A DNA stretch of 64,000 bases from Eledone cirrhosa (taxonomy: Eukaryota), in NCBI GenBank assembly GCA_964016885.1, contig OZ024744.1:45012001-45076000 (forward strand), written 5' to 3'. The notes below the pieces were generated by a model, which was given only the letters and a program-made list of their open reading frames with translations, was not told the origin of the DNA and made no database searches. Positions 31,147 to 40,996 of this stretch are shown here, one piece after another. Both the position numbers and the translations under genes were made by a program. Numbering within the stretch: position 1 is the first letter of the stretch; every line of letters begins with the position of its first letter.

Positions 31147-34100
31147 GTGTCAGTCCCGCGATGGAAGAGGTCTGTCAGTGTGTCAGTCCCACGCTGGAAG
31201 TGGGGTGTCAGTGTGTCAGTTCCGCCATGGAAGTGGGGTGTCCGTGTGTCAGTCTCGCCATGGAAGTGGGGTGTCCGTGTGTCAGTTCCGCCATGGAAGT
31301 GGGGTGTCCGTGTGTCAGTCCCGCGATGGAAGTGGGGTGTCAGTGTGTCAGTCCCGCGATGGAAGTGGGGTGTCCGTGTGTCAGTCCCGCGATGGAAGAG
31401 GTCTGTCAGTGTGTCAGTCCCGCGATGGAAGTGGGGTGTCCGTGTGTCAGTCCTGCGATGGAAGAGGTCTGTCAGTGTGTCAGTCCCGCCATGAAAGTGG
31501 GGTGTCCGTGTGTCAGTCCCGCCATGAAAGTGGGGTGTCCGTGTGTCAGTCCCGCCATGAAAGTGGGGTGTCCGTGTGTCAGTCCCACCATGGAAGTGGG
31601 GTGTCCGTGTGTCAGTCCCGCCATGGAAGTGGGGTGTCCGTGTGTCAGTCCCGCCATGGAAGTGGGGTGTCCGTGTGTCAGTCTCGCCATGGAAGTGGAG
31701 TGTCCGTGTGTCAGTCCCAGCATGGAAGTGGGGTGTCAGTGTGTCAGTTCCGCCATGGAAGTGGAGTGTCCGTGTGTCAGTCCCACGATGGAAGTGGGGT
31801 GTCCGTGTGTCAGTTCCGCCATGGAAGTGGGGTGTCCGTGTGTCAGTCCCATGATGGAAGTGGGGTGTCCGTGTGTCAGTTCCGCCATGGAAGTGGGGTG
31901 TCCGTGTGTCAGTCCCGCCATGGAAGTGGGGTGTCCGTGTGTCAGTCCCGCCATGGAAGTGGAGTGTCCGTGTGTCAGTCCCCCCATGGAAGTGGGGTGT
32001 CCGTGTGTCAGTCCCACGATGGAAGTGGGGTGTCCGTGTGTCAGTCCCACCATGGAAGTGGGGTGTCAGTGTGTCAGTTCCGCCATGGAAGTGGGGTGTC
32101 CGTGTGTCAGTCCCGCCATGGAAGTGGGGTGTCCGTGTGTCAGTTCCGCCATGGAAGTGGGGTGTCCGTGTGTCAGTCTCGCCATGGAAGTGGGGTGTCC
32201 GTGTGTCAGTCCCGCCATGGAAGTGGGGTGTCCGTGTGTCAGTCCCGCCATGGAAGTGGGGTGTCCGTGTGTCAGTCCCGCCATGGAAGTGGGGTGTCCG
32301 TGTGTCAGTCCCACCATGGAAGTGGGGTGTCCGTGTGTCAGTCCCACGATGGAAGTGGGGTGTCCGTGTGTCAGTCCCCCCATGGAAGTGGGGTGTCCGT
32401 GTGTCAGTCCCGCCATGGAAGTGGGGTGTCCGTGTGTCAGTCCCGCCATGGAAGTGGGGTGTCCGTGTGTCAGTCCCACCATGGAAGTGGGGTGTCCGTG
32501 TGTCAGTCCCACCATGGAAGTGGGGTGTCCGTGTGTCAGTCCCACGATTGAAGTGGGGTGTCCGTGTGTCAGTCCCACCATGAAAGTGGGGTGTCCGTGT
32601 GTCAGTCCCGCCATGGAAGTGGGGTGTCCGTGTGTCAGTCCCGCCATGGAAGTGGGGTGTCCGTGTGTCAGTCCCACCATGGAAGTGGGGTGTCAGTGTG
32701 TCAGTTCCGCCATGGAAGTGGGGTGTCCGTGTGTCAGTCCCGCCATGGAAGTGGGGTGTCCGTGTGTCAGTTCCGCCATGGAAGTGGGGTGTCCGTGTGT
32801 CAGTCCTACGATGGAAGTGGGGTGTCCGTGTGTCAGTCCCACCATGGAAGTGGGGTGTCCGTGTGTCAGTCCCGCCATGGAAGTGGGGTGTCCGTGTGTC
32901 AGTCCCGCCATGGAAGTGGGGTGTCCGTGTGTCAGTTCCGCCATGAAAGTGGGGTGTCCGTGTGTCAGTCCTACGATGGAAGTGGGGTGTCCGTGTGTCA
33001 GTCCCACCATGGAAGTGGGGTGTCCGTGTGTCAGTCCTACGATGGAAGTGGGGTGTCCGTGTGTCAGTCCCACCATGGAAGTGGGGTGTCCGTGTGTCAG
33101 TTCCGCCATGGAAGTGGGGTGTCCGTGTGTCAGTCCTACGATGGAAGTGGGGTGTCCGTGTGTCAGTTCCGCCATGGAAGTGGGGTGTCCGTGTGTCAGT
33201 CCTACGATGGAAGTGGGGTGTCCGTGTGTCAGTCCCACCATGGAAGTGGGGTGTCCGTGTGTCAGTTCCGCCATGGAAGTGGGGTGTCCGTGTGTCAGTT
33301 CCGCCATGGAAGTGGGGTGTCCGTGTGTCAGTCCCACCATGGAAGTGGGGTGTCCGTGTGTCAGTTCCGCCATGGAAGTGGGGTGTCCGTGTGTCAGTTC
33401 CGCCATGAAAGTGGGGTGTCCGTGTGTCAGTCCCGCCATGAAAGTGGGGTGTCCGTGTGTCAGTCCCGCCATGAAAGTGGGGTGTCCGTGTGTCAGTCCT
33501 ACGATGGAAGTGGGGTGTCCGTGTGTCAGTCCCACCATGGAAGTGGGGTGTCCGTGTGTCAGTTCCGCCATGGAAGTGGGGTGTCCGTGTGTCAGTTCCG
33601 CCATGAAAGTGGGGTGTCAGTGTGTCAGTCCCACGATGGAAGTGGGGTGTCCGTGTGTCAGTCCCGCCATGAAAGTGGGGTGTCCGTGTGTCAGTCCTAC
33701 GATGGAAGTGGGGTGTCCGTGTGTCAGTCCCGCCATGGAAGTGGGGTGTCCGTGTGTCAGTCCTACGATGGAAGTGGGGTGTCCGTGTGTCAGTCCCGCC
33801 ATGGAAGTGGGGTGTCCGTGTGTCAGTCCCGCCATGAAAGTGGGGTGTCCGTGTGTCAGTCCCGCCATGGAAGTGGGGTGTCCGTGTGTCAGTCCTACGA
33901 TGGAAGTGGGGTGTCCGTGTGTCAGTCCCGCCATGAAAGTGGGGTGTCCGTGTGTCAGTCCTACGATGGAAGTGGGGTGTCCGTGTGTCAGTTCCGCCAT
34001 GGAAGTGGGGTGTCCGTGTGTCAGTCCTACGATGGAAGTGGGGTGTCCGTGTGTCAGTTCCGCCATGGAAGTGGGGTGTCCGTGTGTCAGTCCCACGATG

Positions 34101-34702
34101 GAAGTGGAGTGTCCGTGTGTCAGTTCCGCCATGGAAGTGGGGTGTCCGTGTGTCAGTCCCACGATGGAAGTGGGGTGTCCGTGTGTCAGTCCCGCCATGA
34201 AAGTGGGGTGTCCGTGTGTCAGTCCCACGATGGAAGTGGGGTGTCCGTGTGTCAGTCCCGCCATGAAAGTGGGGTGTCCGTGTGTCAGTCCCACGATGGA
34301 AGTGGGGTGTCCGTGTGTCAGTCCCACGATTGAAGTGGGGTGTCCGTGTGTCAGTCCCACGATTGAAGTGGGGTGTCCGTGTGTCAGTCCCGCCATGGAA
34401 GTGGGGTGTCCGTGTGTGAGTCCCACCATGGAAGTGGGGTGTCCGTGTGTCAGTCCCACCATGGAAGTGGGGTGTCCGTGTGTCAGTCCCACCATGGAAG
34501 TGGGGTGTCCGTGTGTCAGTCCCGCCATGGAAGTGGGGTGTCCGTGTGTCAGTCCCACCATGGAAGTGGGGTGTCCGTGTGTCAGTCCCGCCATGGAAGT
34601 GGGGTGTCCGTGTGTCAGTCCCACGATTGAAGTGGAGTGTCCGTGTGTCAGTCCCGCCATGGAAGTGGGGTGTCCGTGTGTCAGTCCCGCCATGAAAGTG
34701 GG
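31147..34702. repeat. 33-bp minisatellite, about 108 copies, probably Helitron-internal
   Basis: Consensus GTGTGTCAGTCCCGCCATGGAAGTGGGGTGTCC with a constant 33-bp period (11-aa periodicity in all ORF frames). Starts about 23 bp after the Helitron-like 5' TC end. Confidence 0.97.
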
Positions 34703-35009
34703 TGGTGAACATTCTACGCCGAGAAAAAAATCAAACAGCGTTTCAACTCTGTGTGAGTATTTGTGTGAATGTATGTGCGTGTAAAAGGTAAGTATGTGAA
34801 TGTTTGTGTGTGTGTGTATATATGTGTGTTTGTGTAAAATATATTTATATATAATATTTGAAGGCATGTATATGTGTTTGTGTATGTTTATTTAGAAGAA
34901 TATATAGAAAATAGAATTACAAACACACAAGCATTTACACACACAATCACACACATCTATCTATCGACCTACCTACATACATACATACATATCTCTCTCT
35001 ATATATATA

Positions 35010-36040
35010 CTAGAAAATGCCCCCCGTCCATTGGACGGTGTTAGTTCTCGGTAGGACTGCAGTCTTAATGGTGAAATTCCGTTTTGTCTATGTTTAACAT
35101 GGAGGATAATTTTAGTCTTTCAATCAAAAATGAGACGGTATTCAAAAAGAGCATGTCATTAAAATGTGAAAATCGAGTAATCTCGAAAATAGAAATTAGA
35201 GAAAAATGTGAAAATAGAGAAAAATGGAAATATCGTTTTGGAATGTCGTTTAATTGATTGAATGGCTGAAGAATCGGTACAAAAAGCTTAGACGACAGTT
35301 TGGTTGACATGAAGGCAATCTGTAAGAAACTACATGTGTAATTGAATTATGAAATAACTTGGGGCATGTGGAAGGCTGCCCATTGAAATGAAAAAATAGT
35401 TGATTTCATCAATGGGCATTTGTTGGAAGACTAACATTACCTATTGTGAAAAGTAAGTAATCGCAAATAGGACCAACCTGAAGGGGCTTTCAACTCCACG
35501 GAAAAACTATTGGAGGGCTGCCTTGTAAACCGCATTTTTTGTCAATCTTCCGGGAGCGTAGTAAAAGAGATTGGCCGAGTTTCCAACTCTTGAACATCCC
35601 ACATACATTTACCTGTGTGAAAAGCATGGAGTACTGATGTCCATCCCAACCACTTTTAGTGACTGCCCCTGGGCTTTGTTAATGGTTATTGCAAAACTTA
35701 ATCGAATGGGGAATTGGACTCTTTTCATCGGAAAGACACAGTCAGTTGGAATAAGTGGAACTCTGGAAATAAAATCAGAGTCGCCAGCGCCTTTTCCCAT
35801 AATGATTGTAGCCTTGAGAACGTCATCCAACATTTGCGTTATAACCAAGCGTGTGCCATTGCAAAGCCGAGGAGGTTCCAAGTTTCTCAAGAGTATGATG
35901 GGACTTCCAAGTCTTAGGCAGAGTTTATGCGGTGGCATTCCTGATGGCTCTTGTGAGTTTAAAAACTCTGTTGGATAAAACGTTACTTGCGTCGGATCCG
36001 TAATCGAATCAATCGAAGCATAACATCGCTCTTGGGATTC
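35010..36040 (-). mobile_element. 5'-truncated Helitron (3' terminus plus helicase remnant)
   Basis: Minus-strand 3' end: hairpin CCGTCCA-a-TGGACGG (35024-35038), then CTAG (35010-35013) followed by T. Helicase coding remnant lies upstream on the same strand. Confidence 0.88.
35507..36031 (-). pseudogene. Helitron RepHel PIF1-like helicase C-terminal fragment
   Basis: YPTEFLNS..SGMPPHKL, LLRNL..PRLCNGTRL, QFPIRLSFAITINKAQGQSL, then PCFSHR*MYVGCSRV (premature stop in the HGQLYV motif) and TKNAVYK. Confidence 0.92.
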
Positions 36041-36180
36041 CTTAAAGAATTAGCTTTTAAAGAATTAGCTTTTAATGATTTCCCCTTTCTTTCAACCAAT
36101 GACCTCCACCCATCCCACTCCCTACCCTCTCCTACCACCTGAAAAGATATAAATACCACAACATTTATTTTGGACAGCCA

Positions 36181-36229
36181 GATTCCTGATGATTTCTAAA
36201 GAATGAAACAGTTCTAGTCCTGTAGAATC
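36181..36229 (+). ncRNA. Type I hammerhead ribozyme motif, intact
   Basis: GATTC CTGATGA tTTC taaa GAAt GAAA CAG ttctagtc CTG TA GAATC. All three stems pair, GUA triplet. The module 36186-36310 recurs at 53542-53667. Confidence 0.85.
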
Positions 36230-36319
36230 TCATCTATATTAAAACTTTTATACTCTGCTATGTATTGAGTACCTTACTTACTGTGGTTACCTCCGATTCA
36301 ACCCGGAATAATCTATGTT

Positions 36320-36435
<116 letters not shown>

Positions 36436-37118
36436 TACGAGCTTGTTCGCATATCTGCATGTTTTCTACTTTTTATTTATTATTTTTCTAGTGTTACTTT
36501 ATAATTGATAACCCCTTCCTCTTACTTTCTCTTTGCCTTAATTTTTATTCTTATCTTATATATTATTTCATTAATTTTTCATATTTTATATTTTATATCT
36601 GCATCGACCTTCAGTCTGACACTGCTTTCACTGATACACTCCCTTCCGTGTATATATCACATACATGTATGTGGTTGCGCGTGTGTGTATGTTTGTATGC
36701 GTGCGTTCTTTCATCCTTGTATGTGTATATATTTAAATTCTTAGTCCCTGAGTCTGTATGTACGCTAACTCTATTATCTTAGAATTCCCTTTTCAACATA
36801 TATATATATATATATATATATACGTATTTGTGGTCACACATACACTATGATGTTTGCCCTCATGTATGTACTTACGCACACATTTTTTCACTATACACAT
36901 GCATTTGTACATACACACATACGTACATTTGTAGGTGCATATACACACATTTATACACATCCCCTTACTATATTTCATTATTTAATTTTTATACATCTCT
37001 TTTATTTATTATTATATTTATTTTTATACATCTCTTTTATTTATTATTATATTTTTTTTTTGCTCGTTAAACTTTTGCCTTTCTTGAGGAGATTTTTCAA
37101 ATATTTCACTGTTTTAAA

Positions 37119-37192
37119 TTGCCTTGTCTGATGAACGAATGCGGACGTTTCTTGTATTCGTCTTATTCGGGAAAACTCTGGTAATGGGGTAA
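37119..37192 (+). ncRNA. Type I hammerhead motif with long stem II and one stem III mismatch
   Basis: TTGCCTTGT CTGATGA a CGAATGCGGACG...CGTCTTATTCG g GAAA actctgg TA ATGGGGTAA. Confidence 0.55.
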
Positions 37193-37293
37193 TTATATTG
37201 TATTGTTTATTATATATTAAATTTAGGTCTGTAACTTACATAGAGCACTCTTCACTCCTATGACTTTTTCAATTTTCAACGGAAACTTCAATA

Positions 37294-37421
<128 letters not shown>

Positions 37422-37461
37422 ATATATTAACAAATGGAAACTATATTTATAAAACCATATT

Positions 37462-37527
37462 TATTTCACTATACATATTTCAAGGGCCACCAAGGCAAAC
37501 TATGGTGCGCTTTCATCAGATAAAATA
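37462..37527 (-). ncRNA. Type I hammerhead ribozyme motif with short stem III
   Basis: Minus strand: TATTTTAT CTGATGA aagcgcacca...tggtggccctt GAAA T ATGT A TA GTGAAATA. Confidence 0.8.
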
Positions 37528-37902
37528 TAATATAGGTTAGTTTTATAAATAAATAAATAAGGGATTATTCAAATAAGGGATTCTTCTTCTTACAAATAAG
37601 GGATTATTCTTCTGTAAACACTCGGAATTTCCATGGGCTTAGGATATTTTAAACTTCCAAATTTTTTAATATAATTAATTAATAATTAATAAAATTATAT
37701 ATGGTTTTGTAATAATAACATATTTTCTAATAATATATATTCTTTAATAATCTAACATACAAATTTAAACTACGGATTGAATCGGTAAATTATTAATTAA
37801 ACATTTAATCAAATTTATTAATTAAACATTAGATAAAATTCTTGAACTTATCATTATAATGAATCCGGATATTATTATTTATCCAGGCTGTGGATTTATC
37901 CA

Positions 37903-38093
37903 GGGCGGTGGAGTAGCAGTATCGGTAGAGGGTCGCACGCCATACTTTCCAGCATAGTTACGTCCCTTTACGATCTGAGTTCAAATCCCGCCGAGGTTGA
38001 CTTTGCTTTTCATCCTTACGGGGTCGATAAAATAAAGTACCAGTAATGCACTGGGTAATTGCTGGCCTTGTGCCTAAAGTAGAAACAATTATT
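37903..38093 (+). mobile_element. tRNA-derived SINE, full length, with 9-bp target site duplication
   Basis: Same family as 29832. ATTTATCCA occurs at 37894-37902 and 38094-38102. Confidence 0.9.
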
Positions 38094-38431
38094 ATTTATC
38101 CACGCTTTATTATTTATTGTTTACCCATGCTACGGTATTCATCCACGCTATATTCATTTCTTCGCCTCTTCTCTCAAAACTACGCTATTCTCTCTCACTT
38201 AAATATACTCAGCTTTTTTTCTCTTTCTTTCTTTCGTTTTTTCTCTTTCTTTCTTTTTTCCCTATTCCAACGGCTTAATTTAAATATACTGTTATTTAAA
38301 CCTTTCCGACACTAATTTTCATAATAAACCAACAATAAATCTAATAACTCCACTATCCAGGAGATTCCAACCAGAATGGTTGCATTTTTTCAGGGTATGT
38401 CAATATCTATTTATAAATCAAACCTATATTA

Positions 38432-38497
38432 TATTTTATATGATGAAAGCGCACCATAGTTTGCCTTGGTCGCCCTTGAAATATGTATAATGAAATA
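38432..38497 (+). ncRNA. Hammerhead motif with mutated core (ATGATGA), inverted partner of 37462-37527
   Basis: TATTTTAT ATGATGA aagcgcacca...cccttGAAA TATGTA TA ATGAAATA. C3 is changed to A, so probably inactive. Confidence 0.6.
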
Positions 38498-38644
38498 AAT
38501 ATGGATTTATAAATATAGTTTCCATTTGTTAATATATTGTATAATTACTCCAATAATTTGTTGAGTGCTTTATATCAGTTATAAAAATATTTTGCTTGTT
38601 ATATCCCAACAAATTAAATATAAACTCTACACACACACAAACAT

Positions 38645-38719
<75 letters not shown>

Positions 38720-38880
38720 AACGAGCAGGACCCCGACGGCTGAGCTCCAGAATTAGCCGTCGAAACGGCTTGAGCTCAGCCGACGAGGTCCTACTCGTTC
38801 CTATTACCCACTCTACTACCCTAAGTATTGATTACTTTGGTGCGTTATGGTCCATCTGGTTCCTTACCTCATTTCCTTCG

Positions 38881-38939
<59 letters not shown>

Positions 38940-38968
38940 GTTATGTTATAAACAACATAACATAATTA

Positions 38969-39029
38969 TTTCATTTACCAGTGGTTTCTTGAAAGCAAAC
39001 AGAATTTGCTTTCAGTCATCAGAATGAAA
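38969..39029 (-). ncRNA. Type I hammerhead ribozyme motif, intact
   Basis: Minus strand: TTTCATT CTGATGA cTGAAAGCAAA ttctg TTTGCTTTCAa GAAA CC act GG TA AATGAAA. Confidence 0.88.
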
Positions 39030-39195
39030 AAATCCTGGTGTATTTATTGACAGTGGATATTAAAACAAATATAATATATATGAAAGTGAGGCTGGAAAAG
39101 GTAGAAGGAAAGGAAAAAAAATATAAAAGTAGATGAACACACACGCACACACACATACACACACACGCATACACACACGCACACACCATATACAT

Positions 39196-39265
<70 letters not shown>

Positions 39266-39466
39266 TTAGTTATACTATTTATGGTTATGTAAATACAAAA
39301 CCTTATGCAGTTATAAGTATTTTACACACACCCCAAATAGTGGTAGGCAGTAATGCATTACTACCTTATTACCAGTAAGTTAAGTAGCTCAATGTAAAAA
39401 CATCAGATGATTTACAGAGCAGTTATATGAAATATAAGAATCAAAGAACTGTTCAAAACATTATTG

Positions 39467-39513
39467 TGCTTACAGCTGTTTCCTCCAAACCGAGGTTTGG
39501 ATTCTTCGGAGCA
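39467..39513 (-). ncRNA. Hammerhead ribozyme variant with CCGAAGA core
   Basis: Minus strand: TGCT CCGAAGA aTCCAAACC tc GGTTTGGAg GAAA C AGCT G TA AGCA. Palindromic loop III, sense to the PLE ORF. Confidence 0.75.
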
Positions 39514-40996
39514 ATTTATTAATGCATGGACAGTTATATGACCTCCTTTTCAGCCGAGAGACATACCGATACATATTCAAACATTGATACATATTCAAAC
39601 ATTGATACATATTCAAACATTGTGGGTCAACATTCATTACAGAATTTAGAGTGGCAGTACACACTTCGAGATTACATTTATATTAAGAGGTACAATCAAA
39701 AATCAAAAATACAGGTTAAAATACAACATGAAGATAAGCGGTTATATAGTGCAAATGTTATATGTGTGGCACGCATGTGCGTCTTGTTTATATAGTGTGG
39801 CAGAGAGATATGTGTGGTAGAGGCACTTAGGTAGGTAAACAAGAGTGTTAGGTTGGTAGATCTGGTGGCAAATTCTTTATATGATTGATATAGTCTGTGT
39901 GTGGAGAAATGTTATAAGCATTAAAAATAGTGCAAGCATTAAAAGTGTTAAAAGTATTGGAGATGCACAGCGAAGGGATGTCAAGTATTTCATGTACTTC
40001 GGCATTTTCATGGTCATGGGAGTGTATTTTTCGATTATATGCCCTTCACATAATCCACGACAATCCGATATTGAGCGTTTGACAATCCAGTTAGAGATCG
40101 TAGTCTGGTGTTCTTTAGTTCAATACAGGAGGCTGTTACGTTTCGAGAAACGCCATTGAATACCACCCGGAAGTGTGTGTGTGGCTAAGGGGAGTTAATG
40201 CATGCGGGGAGGTAACTCTGGGGTTTCTATACCTAGCTATTAAAATGTGTCACAATATAGACCCTAATTTCTATGGTGATGCGCATCCTCCAAGAAAATT
40301 TTTAAAGCATAAAGTGTATTAACTATAGAGTAGTTTATTTAAGTTATGCTGAAGGTGATCATATTATTATGGTGGATTAACCCATCATAAGGTGCCACAA
40401 ATGGAAATTATAGATGATGAGCGAGGATTCTAAATTAATGATCTCTGTGGTTGTTGTCTACTCATAGGACCAGGCGCGGGGATTTCAGGATTGCTTCAGG
40501 ACCCAATGATCTCTGGTAAGTTCTGGGTCATCGCTTGCTACATTGGATGTCGAAAGATAATCATCCCCAGGCCGGCCAGAGGTCAATCCGCAGCCCTCGC
40601 GACCCCTCTCTGACCGTCAGATCATCCATATATGTACAACCCGCACGGCAGTTGCAATGCATTCACTCACTGCGCTCAGCAGCCTGGTCCTACTGCTCAA
40701 CAGCGTTACTAGATTAAATCATTTTTCATCTGTCTAAGGAAGGTGTTTCCTCTGTACAACACTATCCAACCGATCAATTCATGCTCAAATTACCCTTAGA
40801 GCGGTGTAGTGCCGTTCAAGTGGGTGGATGTTGTCACACCTGACGTAGAGGTATAAATGGGTATTCTCCCTGCGAAGGGTTCCAGAGGGATGTCGTTGTT
40901 TGTGTTATAATAGATCAGTTAGTGTTGGGTATGTAGTATAAGGTGTGTCTCTGGTGTTTGATGCTAGATGTGGTGTTAGGTTCCAGTCCGACATTG

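Noticed and set aside
31147-34702. CRISPR array
   Set aside because: Contiguous 33-bp units with no unique spacers, no cas genes and a eukaryotic context.
31125-34867. 1195-1207 aa His-rich or Cys-rich ORFs
   Set aside because: By-product of a stop-poor 33-bp repeat that is open in most frames. No unique coding flanks.
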